Shown one piece after another: positions 19,289 to 27,551 of a stretch of 60,616 nucleotides of DNA. The notes below the pieces were generated by a model. The model had not been told where the DNA came from. It saw only the letters and a program-made list of their open reading frames with translations, and did no database searches. Where the stretch lies: positions 1-60,616 of the forward strand of contig JAJPJM010000157.1 of the NCBI GenBank assembly GCA_021324235.1, given 5' to 3'. How positions within the stretch are numbered: position 1 is the stretch's first letter; each line of letters begins with the position of its first letter. Source of the DNA: Verrucomicrobiota bacterium. GTDB taxonomy: Bacteria > Verrucomicrobiota > Verrucomicrobiia > Limisphaerales > UBA11358. A program made the translations under genes and the position numbers.

Positions 19289-21950
19289 GTTCCATTTCCA
19301 GTTCGCTAATTGGTTTGGCTTGGGTGGGGAAATCCAGGGTAAATTCGCAGAATCGGCCGACCTCGGTCTGCACCGAGATGTGTCCGCCGAATCCCCGCAC
19401 AATCCGATGGCAAATACTCAAGCCCAGCCCCATGCCCTCGCCCACTTCCTTGGTGGTAAAAAACGGATCAAAAATCTTGTCCAGGTTCTTTCGCTCGATG
19501 CCCGGACCGTTGTCGCGAATGACGAGGAGACTCCGCTCGCCTTCCATCCGGCCCTCGATCGAAATGGCCGGCGGCTCGTTCCCAAATTTCTTTTCCCGCA
19601 TCGCGTCGAGTGAATTCTGCAACAAATTTACCAAAACGTGAATCAATTTATTGCGGCTGGCCAGGATGATCTGGCCCGGAACGATTTTCAGTTCGACCGC
19701 CACCTTGTCCTTCCATTCGCCGGCCAGAAACCGCAGTGAGGTATTCACCGCTTCGGCCACGTCCACCAGTTCGGCCGGTCCGGCTTCGGGGTGCGTGAAC
19801 ATGCGCAAATCGGACACGATATTGCGCACGCGCTTCATGCCTTCCTCGATGTCACTCAGGATTTCCTCGTACTCCTGGCGTTCCTCCGGCGTGAAGTGTT
19901 TGCACTTGTTGCGCAGGGCGAAGAGGCCCGTCGTGGCGAAATTGAGCGGATTGTTGATTTCGTGGATGATGCCCGCGCTCATGCGGCCGAGCGAGGCGAG
20001 CTTCTCGGACTGCACCAGCTGGAGTTCCGTTTCCTTGAGTTGATCGATGGTGGTGGACAGCGCCTGGTTTTGCTTGGAGAGTTTGCGCCGGGAATCGTAG
20101 GATTCAACGAGGTTTTTGATGCGCGCGTGCAGTTCGGTGGACGAAAAAGGCTTGGCCAGAAAATCATTGGCCCCCAATTCCAGCGCGTTGAATTTGGTTT
20201 CCTCGTCCGCGCGCGCCGTCAGCAAAATGATCGGCACGGCGGCAGTCTCCTCGCGTTTGCGCAACTCCCGGCACACAGCCAGACCATCCATCTCCGGCAT
20301 CATCATGTCCAGCAAAATGATGTCCGGCAGAAATTGGGTGGCCTTTTCCATGGCCTGGATGCCGTCCGCCGCCTCCAACACGTCGTAATCCTGGTCGAGT
20401 TGCGAACGCAAAAAGCGCCGCATGTCCGGTTCGTCGTCGGCCACCAGGGCCACGGGCCGCCGGCCGCGCTTGCCCAGTTCCACCGGTTTGGCCGCGCCGC
20501 GCAGGGACGCCATGGCCGGAAACAGTTCCGCGCGCCGGTACAAATTGGCCAGCCATTCCTCCGAGGCGACCACGCCGGTTTCCGCCGCCGCGCCCGGTTG
20601 GGTTTTGGGCGGCAATTCCGCCTTTTGATATGGCAACTGCACGGTGAAGGTCGTGCCTTTGCCTTCCTGGCTTTCCACGACCACGCGGCCGTGCATCATC
20701 TCGGTCAATTCCTTGACCAGCGCCAGCCCGATGCCGACGCCCTGATATCGGCGTTGGGCCGAACTGTCCGCCTGCCAGAAACGGTCGAACACAAACGGCA
20801 GGTTTTTTTCGGCGATGCCGATCCCGGTGTCGCTGACGACAAAAACGAGTTCTTCGCCGCGTTTTTCCGCCCGCAACTCCACACGCCCGTCGGCCGGCGT
20901 GAATTTCAGCGCGTTGAACAAGAGATTGAGCACGATTTTTTCCAGTTTATCGGCGTCGGTGGCCGCCACGCCCAGGCGCAGGTCGGTGTAGGTTTCCAGC
21001 TTGATGTGTTTGTCCTCCGCCACCTGCCGGGCCGCGCTGGCCAGGCCCTTGATGAAGTCGGCGACCTCCATCGGTTCGTTTTTGATTTCCATCCGGCCGG
21101 CTTCAAGGCGGATAAGGTCGAGCAGATCATTGATCAATTTCAACAGCCGCATGCCGTTGGAGTGCATCGTGAGGAGCAAATCATGAACGCTGTCGTCGAC
21201 CTTGCCGGCAAAGCGCTGGAGCAGCGTTTCCAGCGGTGAGAGCAGCAACGTGAGGGGCGTGCGCAATTCATGGCTGATGTTGGCGAAGAACCGGCTTTTG
21301 AGCCGGTCCAGTTCCACCAGTTTCCGGTTGGTTTCCTCCAGTTCCTGCCGGTTTTTGTTCAGCTCATAGCGCAGGGTGAATTCACGGAAACGCAACTGGT
21401 TGAACAGGCGATTACCGCAAATCACGATGATTCCCGTCAGCACGAGGAAATAAAGATTGTTAAAAATCGACCCGAACCTTTCGGTCTCCAGCCCTTTGAT
21501 GACACAGGACGCCAGGTACATGGCGATGACAAAGCCCACCGCGAGAAACGTTTCCAGCATGCTCCAGTGGCCCACGGCGCTGACGGCCAGCAGGATGAGA
21601 TTCAAACCGGCATAGTAGGGGGAGGCGGAACCGGTCTCATAAACCATCCACGTGATGAAAAACGCGGGGAGAATCACAATAAACAATCCCACCACCGGAT
21701 AATGTTTGCGGGCGATGGCGGTGGAGTGCAGCGACCAGATGACAATCACCAGCAGCGAGCACAGGAGTCGCAGCTCCAGGAACTCCACCAGGTGTTCGGG
21801 ATAAACAAAATAATCGAGTACGATTCCCAGCGGCATCAATACAAATACGAGGGCACAGGCGAGCCGGCCGGTGCTGATGCGCACCTCCCGTTCGTTGGCC
21901 AAAAAGGCCTCCCAAAATTCAGGCTCTTTCAAATTTTGATTATTGGCCAT
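19266..21950 (-). CDS. Membrane sensor hybrid kinase TM-HK-REC-HK (PhcS-like)
   Basis: About 6 N-terminal TMs; SHELRTPL...GVGIGL; VADDE/LLDMMMP; IHEINNPL...GMGLGL. Start overlaps the methyltransferase stop. Confidence 0.92.
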   Translation of the reverse strand: MANNQNLKEPEFWEAFLANEREVRISTGRLACALVFVLMPLGIVLDYFVYPEHLVEFLELRLLCSLLVIVIWSLHSTAIARKHYPVVGLFIVILPAFFITWMVYETGSASPYYAGLNLILLAVSAVGHWSMLETFLAVGFVIAMYLASCVIKGLETERFGSIFNNLYFLVLTGIIVICGNRLFNQLRFREFTLRYELNKNRQELEETNRKLVELDRLKSRFFANISHELRTPLTLLLSPLETLLQRFAGKVDDSVHDLLLTMHSNGMRLLKLINDLLDLIRLEAGRMEIKNEPMEVADFIKGLASAARQVAEDKHIKLETYTDLRLGVAATDADKLEKIVLNLLFNALKFTPADGRVELRAEKRGEELVFVVSDTGIGIAEKNLPFVFDRFWQADSSAQRRYQGVGIGLALVKELTEMMHGRVVVESQEGKGTTFTVQLPYQKAELPPKTQPGAAAETGVVASEEWLANLYRRAELFPAMASLRGAAKPVELGKRGRRPVALVADDEPDMRRFLRSQLDQDYDVLEAADGIQAMEKATQFLPDIILLDMMMPEMDGLAVCRELRKREETAAVPIILLTARADEETKFNALELGANDFLAKPFSSTELHARIKNLVESYDSRRKLSKQNQALSTTIDQLKETELQLVQSEKLASLGRMSAGIIHEINNPLNFATTGLFALRNKCKHFTPEERQEYEEILSDIEEGMKRVRNIVSDLRMFTHPEAGPAELVDVAEAVNTSLRFLAGEWKDKVAVELKIVPGQIILASRNKLIHVLVNLLQNSLDAMREKKFGNEPPAISIEGRMEGERSLLVIRDNGPGIERKNLDKIFDPFFTTKEVGEGMGLGLSICHRIVRGFGGHISVQTEVGRFCEFTLDFPTQAKPISELEMEHGEPVRL

Positions 21951-23469
21951 GGTTCGATTTCCGGGCTTCCAGGAATATGTTAATCCCGGTTTTGTCGCTG
22001 CGAATCCGAACTTCGTCCTCGGGAATGATGTCGACACACACCTGCTTCAGCTGGGCGGCGTCGCGATAGATCAAATGCCAGTCCAGGATGAGTTCCAGAC
22101 TGCCCCGATTGGAAGTGAGGGGGGTTACATTGGTGACGACCAACAATCCGCCGGGCGCCAGCCATTGGTAAAAGATGCTCATCATCTGTTTGCAGGCGTG
22201 GTCGGTCAAATAATCAAACAGGCCGGCGCAATAAATGAAATCGTACTCATTTTCTGTTTTATCGCCGGGCGCAACCGGCCGGTGCCCCTCTTTGAGCAGT
22301 TGGAAAACGCTCTTCTTCAGGTACTGGACGGAGGTGCGCCACCCGAACCGTTCCTTGATGCTGTTGATTGCCTTTTGAGTGTGGGCCAGGGTTTCACTGT
22401 CGAAATCCACCAGCGTGAATTCGACCTGGTCGCTCAAGGGGGAGTAATCGAGAAATTGCTGCACCTCGACCGCCGGGCCGCAGGCGAAGTTGAAGATCCG
22501 GGCCTTTCGCTTTTCGCGCCCGACCCGCAGCGTTTCCATCTCAATGCATTTGGTGAGATACGTCAGCCGGTTGCGATGCGCCGCCGCCGAGCCTTGTTGC
22601 ACCAGCCAGACGTTGAAAATTTTGGCGAACAGGGAGGCGCCTTCCTGGGCATTTCGGGTCATCATGTTGACCATCTCATAATCCCCGGCGTAGCCCAGGG
22701 GTTTTTGATAGGCGCGATGGGCGAACGGCGCACAGAGCACAATCGGATGCAGATGCCTTTGGATGTAATTGCGATGGGCGGGCCGCGCTCCTTCCTCCAG
22801 TTTTTTGGCGATCAATTCAAACCGTTCGAACAAGCCGTTGATCATGGCGATGATGCCCGGGCTTGTTTTTTTGATGACCGCCTGCTCCAGGGGCGCACGC
22901 TTGTGTTCCGGCAGGGAATGAATGCCCAATTCGACCTGCTCCAGCCAGATCCGCAGGTCGGTCAAAAACATCTCGATGTCCGTCACCGCTTCCTTGAATT
23001 CCGGAAGCACCCGGTAGAGTTTTTGCCATTCCTTGACAAACTTGTTGAATTCCTCCACGAGTTGGTCGTCGCATTTCACAACCAAATCAGCGCTCAGGTC
23101 GAGCCACCGGGCATCATCCAGGGTGGCTTGGCACACCATTTTTGACCCGGCATCCACCACGCTGCTGACGACGGCGCGTCCCGAATAAACCTTTCGGGTC
23201 TGGAGAATAATGTTGAATTCATCAATGGCTTCGGAGACCCGGGGGGCGGTACCGGGGTTGTACAGTTCAAAGACGGCGTGGTGGCGTGTCACCCGTACCG
23301 GCACCCCTTGCAATTCCAGACCGTCATGGGTTTGAAACATGACCCGGCTTTCCTTGAGTTCGGATGCCGGCACGTCGGCGGGCGGGGGCGGCGCGGTCCG
23401 TTTTTTGGATGACTGCAACAGGCCGCCGGCCCCGTTCCCATTTCCGTTGCCTTGAGGAACCTTTCTCAT
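21940..23469 (-). CDS. Class I SAM-dependent methyltransferase, PhcB-like
   Basis: RAYQKPLGYAGDYEMVN, FNFACGPAVE, YDFIYCAGLFDYL, LAPGGLLVVTN, LDWHLIYRD; first gene of the kinase operon. PhcB similarity is recalled, not computed. Confidence 0.8.
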   Translation of the reverse strand: MRKVPQGNGNGNGAGGLLQSSKKRTAPPPPADVPASELKESRVMFQTHDGLELQGVPVRVTRHHAVFELYNPGTAPRVSEAIDEFNIILQTRKVYSGRAVVSSVVDAGSKMVCQATLDDARWLDLSADLVVKCDDQLVEEFNKFVKEWQKLYRVLPEFKEAVTDIEMFLTDLRIWLEQVELGIHSLPEHKRAPLEQAVIKKTSPGIIAMINGLFERFELIAKKLEEGARPAHRNYIQRHLHPIVLCAPFAHRAYQKPLGYAGDYEMVNMMTRNAQEGASLFAKIFNVWLVQQGSAAAHRNRLTYLTKCIEMETLRVGREKRKARIFNFACGPAVEVQQFLDYSPLSDQVEFTLVDFDSETLAHTQKAINSIKERFGWRTSVQYLKKSVFQLLKEGHRPVAPGDKTENEYDFIYCAGLFDYLTDHACKQMMSIFYQWLAPGGLLVVTNVTPLTSNRGSLELILDWHLIYRDAAQLKQVCVDIIPEDEVRIRSDKTGINIFLEARKSNHGQ

Positions 23470-23478
23470 TTCACGGGT

Positions 23479-23511
23479 AGAATGGAACATTTTTTGAGCC
23501 AAAACAAAGCG
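23479..23511 (-). promoter_or_regulatory. Promoter/operator copy 1 upstream of the methyltransferase
   Basis: CGCTTTGTTTTGGCTCAAAAAATGTTCCATTCT, 28/33 identical to 25947-25979; TTGTTT-N17-CATTCT lies 9 nt before the ATG. Confidence 0.6.
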
Positions 23512-23669
23512 ATTCTCGCAGGTCATAACTGGCACCACCATTGCTATGTCCTGTCCACGCCGTTCGCAGGTGGATCTCCGGCCAGACTTATCGGATCGGA
23601 ACAGGTAAAACGGGTGCTTGTCTTGTTACGGGACAGGAATCGTATGGGATGTCGCAACACAATTACACT

Positions 23670-24917
23670 ATGAAAAATAAATCGAGCCGGTGGATTAAGT
23701 CAGGCTGGGACTGCCAGCCCGTCGGATTGACATTTTTGCTGGGATTGAGCTTCATTTTTTTGACCCCGACCAACTCGCCGGCGGGCGCGTTCCGTTTGCC
23801 GAACCAGGATCCCGAAGCGATTGCCCGCGGTGATGCCGAGGCGGCCACCGCCGACAATCCGTCCGCCATTTATTACAATCCCGCCGGCATCACGCAATTA
23901 ACCGGACAAAATGTTCGCGTGGGGCTTTACGTGATTTCCCCCGGTGAAAAATACACGTCCCCCTCCGGCGTCACGGCCACGGCCAAGTCGGACCCGGAAC
24001 CGGTTCCCCAGGTGTACTACGTGAATACCTTCACCAATATGCCGATTTCCGTGGGCGTGGGGATGTATTGTCCGTACGGCCTGTCGCTGGACTGGGGAGA
24101 CAACACGCCTTTTAACACCGTCGCTGAAAAGGGCAGTCTCTTATATCTGTCGTTCAATCCCGTCATCGCCTGGAAGGTTTGTCCCACGCTTTCCATCGGT
24201 GTTGGCCCCACCATCAATTATTCCAAGGCGACCGTGGAACAGGCGATTCCTCTCGGCAGCGGTCAATTAAAGTTCGACGGCGACGGTGTCGATTACGGAT
24301 TCAATGCCGGCATTTTATGGCAACCGCATCCGATGTGGTCGTTCGGTGTCAATTATCGTTCGGCCACGGACATCCATTATCAAGGCACCGCCTCCCAGAC
24401 CTTCGGCCCGCCTTTCCCGGCTTCAACCCAGACCAAGGCCTCGGTCAAGTTCCCGCAATTTGTCGTGGGCGGCATCTCATTCCGCCCGACCCCCGACTGG
24501 AATTTTGAATTTGACCTGGATTGGGCGGATTGGAGCAGCGTCAAGCAAATCGATTTTGAGAACACCCCGTTTGGCACCATTCCCCTGACCCTGGATTTCA
24601 AGTCCAGCTTCATGTATGAATTTGGCATTACCCGCCAGTTGGGCAGGGGCTACTTCGCCAGCGTCGGATATATTTACAACGAGAATTCAAGCCCGGACGC
24701 CAATTTCACCCCCCTGATTCCGGATGCCGCCTTGCAACTGGGCAGCCTTGGGTTCGGCCGCCATGGCAAAAACTGGGACTGGGCGATTGCGTATCACTTC
24801 GGCTACAACGGCGGGCGTACCATCAACAACCCGCCCACCGCTCCTGATTTTCCGGCAAATGGGACGTACAAGACGTTCAACAACGCCGTCGACGTGGCCG
24901 CGACCTTCAAATTTTAG
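23670..24917 (+). CDS. FadL/OmpP1-family outer-membrane long-chain fatty acid transporter (copy 1)
   Basis: Signal peptide; ATADNPSAIYYNPAG hatch motif, PYGL, C-terminal Phe. Confidence 0.9.
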   Translation: MKNKSSRWIKSGWDCQPVGLTFLLGLSFIFLTPTNSPAGAFRLPNQDPEAIARGDAEAATADNPSAIYYNPAGITQLTGQNVRVGLYVISPGEKYTSPSGVTATAKSDPEPVPQVYYVNTFTNMPISVGVGMYCPYGLSLDWGDNTPFNTVAEKGSLLYLSFNPVIAWKVCPTLSIGVGPTINYSKATVEQAIPLGSGQLKFDGDGVDYGFNAGILWQPHPMWSFGVNYRSATDIHYQGTASQTFGPPFPASTQTKASVKFPQFVVGGISFRPTPDWNFEFDLDWADWSSVKQIDFENTPFGTIPLTLDFKSSFMYEFGITRQLGRGYFASVGYIYNENSSPDANFTPLIPDAALQLGSLGFGRHGKNWDWAIAYHFGYNGGRTINNPPTAPDFPANGTYKTFNNAVDVAATFKF

Positions 24918-25939
24918 ACCGGCATCTTTCGCCAGAAAAACGTGGTGGGATCGGCCAGCCCGCTCGCCAGGTCCATTTCAATTTCCTTGACCCAATTCTG
25001 CACCCAGGCCCGGGCCACCACGGGATTGGTGGTCAGTTCCGGGTGCGCCTGCATCGTCACGCTTAACCGGTTCTGGAAGGTGATGCATCCGGCGCCCACC
25101 ATCTGGCAGCGCAACACCGGCGGACAAAAAAGCCAGCTGCCCAGCGACTCCGGCCGGGTGATTTCCTTTTGGGCGTCCCAGTCGCCCAGGTTCGAAAAAC
25201 TGCCCAGGTTCCACTGCGACGTGGCCCGTTCCCGGGTGATTAAAAACTTCCGCATCCCCTGCGTCATCACCCGGCTGACATAGCTGGCGTACCAATTGGC
25301 CCAATGCTCGCGCCGCCGCAACGCCGCGTAAATGTTCCGGTGAATGTCGTGCGGAGTTTCATAGGACCTGACTTTGACGCCGACGTAACTTGAATAGTTG
25401 GCCGTGTCCCGGTCCCGCACCAGTTTGCCGCGCAGATTCACCGGGATCATCCAGGGCACCACCGACGATTGATCCTCCAAAAAGGGCCGGATGGCCTTGG
25501 TCAGATGTTTCAGCAGAAAGGAATTGATCGTGATGCCGGCCATGCGGCAGACGCGCCGCATCTGCATCGTCGCCAGTTCGTCGAAGACGTGCCAGGCCAC
25601 CGCCGGGGGCGGTTGCGGGCTGAGTTTGCTGACGGCATCCAGGGGCAGCCATTTGACGTGCCGCCGGGGCCCCAAAAATCCCGGCGCCAGCTTCAGCACG
25701 GAAAGCATGGACGGCTCCGCCGGGTATCGGATTTGCGGCAGCCGGCCGAGGGTGACTCCCTGTTGCCGGAGAATGTGCGCCAGACCGCCAATCCCGTCGA
25801 AGTCGGTATGACGCAAAAAGGTCCATTGCGGTTCGGTCGCCCCGGACGGAATCTGGCCGAAGCGAATGCCGATGTATTCGCCCAGTTCCTCCGCGGCGAG
25901 AAACCACAGGTTGATGCTGTCAACATCTTGCTGGCTCAT
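24914..25939 (-). CDS. CoA-dependent acyltransferase-fold protein (HxxxDG; PapA5/AATase-like)
   Basis: HTDFDG catalytic motif, IPVNLRG, FSNLG; ATG 25939 chosen. Confidence 0.72.
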   Translation of the reverse strand: MSQQDVDSINLWFLAAEELGEYIGIRFGQIPSGATEPQWTFLRHTDFDGIGGLAHILRQQGVTLGRLPQIRYPAEPSMLSVLKLAPGFLGPRRHVKWLPLDAVSKLSPQPPPAVAWHVFDELATMQMRRVCRMAGITINSFLLKHLTKAIRPFLEDQSSVVPWMIPVNLRGKLVRDRDTANYSSYVGVKVRSYETPHDIHRNIYAALRRREHWANWYASYVSRVMTQGMRKFLITRERATSQWNLGSFSNLGDWDAQKEITRPESLGSWLFCPPVLRCQMVGAGCITFQNRLSVTMQAHPELTTNPVVARAWVQNWVKEIEMDLASGLADPTTFFWRKMPV

Positions 25940-25946
25940 GGCGGCG

Positions 25947-25979
25947 TGAATAGACCATTTTTCGCGCCAAAACAAAGCG
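25947..25979 (-). promoter_or_regulatory. Promoter/operator copy 2 upstream of the acyltransferase
   Basis: CGCTTTGTTTTGGCGCGAAAAATGGTCTATTCA; TTGTTT-N17-TATTCA lies 7 nt before the ATG. Confidence 0.6.
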
Positions 25980-25993
25980 TTTTTTGCCGGAAT

Positions 25994-27283
25994 TTAGAAA
26001 TGCATCCCCACTGTCACCAACACCGCATGGCTGATAAATTTGTAGGTGCCATCGGCTGACTGGCCGGCATTCAATGCGGGTTGGGATGATGGAGTACTGC
26101 CGGTCACCGTATGCGCCGGGCCGTAGCCAAATTGATAGGTGACATCGAAATCAAATCGTTTGCCATTGTATCCGGTGCCGGCGCTGAAGAAATGCCGGTC
26201 CAGGTCCGCCGCCAAAGGAGTATAATAAGCATCCGGCACCGAGTTCTGATTGAAAACATAGCCGGCGCTCACATGCCAGCCATTGTCAAAATACCGCGTG
26301 ACCCCGAATTCGTACATCCAGCTCGGTTGCCAATCGAGTATTACAGGAATGTCCTGCAGTACGACTGCCGCGACGTCCGGAGGAAGTGTTCCTTGGTGAA
26401 GAGTTACCGTTCCAAAACTGCTCCAGTCCGTATAGTCGGCATCAAACTCGAGATTCCATTTCGGTGTGGGTCGGTACGAAATGCCAAACACCGCAGTCAA
26501 AGGAAATGTAAAATCCGCCTGCGCCGGAAAACTCACCGGCGAGTTGAGCGCGGGAATTGGTTGTTGCTGAAATTCGGTATGGCCATCCATGGTAATGGTC
26601 GTCGCGCTGCGAAAGGTCGCACCGAGCGAAATCGTTTCGTACGGTTGCCAGAGCACGCCCAGATTGTAGCCCACGGTCCAGCCGTCGCCCTGGAAACGGA
26701 AAAAATTGGCGAAGGGCTGTTGATTGGCAAGCAGCCCCTGCTCCATGTCAATTTTCCCATAATCCACCATCACACCACCGCCGATGGAAAGGTTGGGCGC
26801 CAGCTTGAACGCGATCACGGGATTGGCTCGAAGGTATTTGAGTGAACCTTCCGTGGCGACCGAGCGAAAGCCGGTGTTCTGGGGCCAGTCCATGTTTCCC
26901 CCATAAGGCGCATAAATTCCCAGTCCCACGCTGACCGGAGCATTTTCAAACGAGTGGACGAGAAAAACCTGCGGGATGAAATTGTAATGCCTGCCGACGT
27001 CGTAGGTTTGGCCGGCATTCGGCTGCGTGTCCGGCGGCTGGAAGGTGGGGTCCACATAAATGCTGTAAAGTCCCGAGCGCAAATCATTGCCGGTGATCTG
27101 CGTGATGCCGGCTGGATTGTAATAAATGGCGGACGCGTTGTCCGCCGTGGCGGCAAAGGCTTCGCCGCGGGCGGTCGCAAAGCCATCCTGGCTCGCCAGC
27201 CGAAAACCGTTTGCCGAAACGTTCAAGACGAAAGCGCTCCAAAAGATTGGCGCCAGCAGCCTTGAAATATTGCTTCGGTTCAT
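25994..27283 (-). CDS. FadL/OmpP1-family outer-membrane transporter (copy 2)
   Basis: Signal peptide; ATADNASAIYYNPAG, APYGG, C-terminal MHF; paralog of 23670-24917. Confidence 0.9.
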   Translation of the reverse strand: MNRSNISRLLAPIFWSAFVLNVSANGFRLASQDGFATARGEAFAATADNASAIYYNPAGITQITGNDLRSGLYSIYVDPTFQPPDTQPNAGQTYDVGRHYNFIPQVFLVHSFENAPVSVGLGIYAPYGGNMDWPQNTGFRSVATEGSLKYLRANPVIAFKLAPNLSIGGGVMVDYGKIDMEQGLLANQQPFANFFRFQGDGWTVGYNLGVLWQPYETISLGATFRSATTITMDGHTEFQQQPIPALNSPVSFPAQADFTFPLTAVFGISYRPTPKWNLEFDADYTDWSSFGTVTLHQGTLPPDVAAVVLQDIPVILDWQPSWMYEFGVTRYFDNGWHVSAGYVFNQNSVPDAYYTPLAADLDRHFFSAGTGYNGKRFDFDVTYQFGYGPAHTVTGSTPSSQPALNAGQSADGTYKFISHAVLVTVGMHF

Positions 27284-27390
27284 GTTTACCGGTTTGTCGG
27301 TTCAACTCCTGAACGGGCACCGCAGGAGCGCATGATTGATGCGCCCGGGTCAGCAGGTTACCTGTCGCTTTGAGTCACGCCAGCAAATTT

Positions 27391-27481
27391 GGCAGTGTCA
27401 CGATTTGTAGGAGACGAGGTAACGAGTCATTTGGGGCGGCACTCCTTACGTCGTGCCCTACAGCCAAATTGGGACGCTACC
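27391..27481. mobile_element. 91-bp MITE with 8-bp target-site duplication
   Basis: Ends GGCAGTGTCACGATTTG / GGTAGCGTCCCAATTTG (13/17 match); GCAAATTT directly flanks both sides (27383-27390, 27482-27489); internal GTAG-type palindrome. Confidence 0.75.
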
Positions 27482-27551
27482 GCAAATTTCCCGGGAGGAC
27501 GAGCCATGCGAACCCCTGAAGCTGGCTTGCCAATAGTACGCCGTCTTTACT

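Noticed and set aside
23519-27364. CAGGT pentamers at 23519, 23567, 23602 and CAGGTTACCTG at 27354 as regulator sites
   Set aside because: Too short and irregularly spaced to separate from chance.
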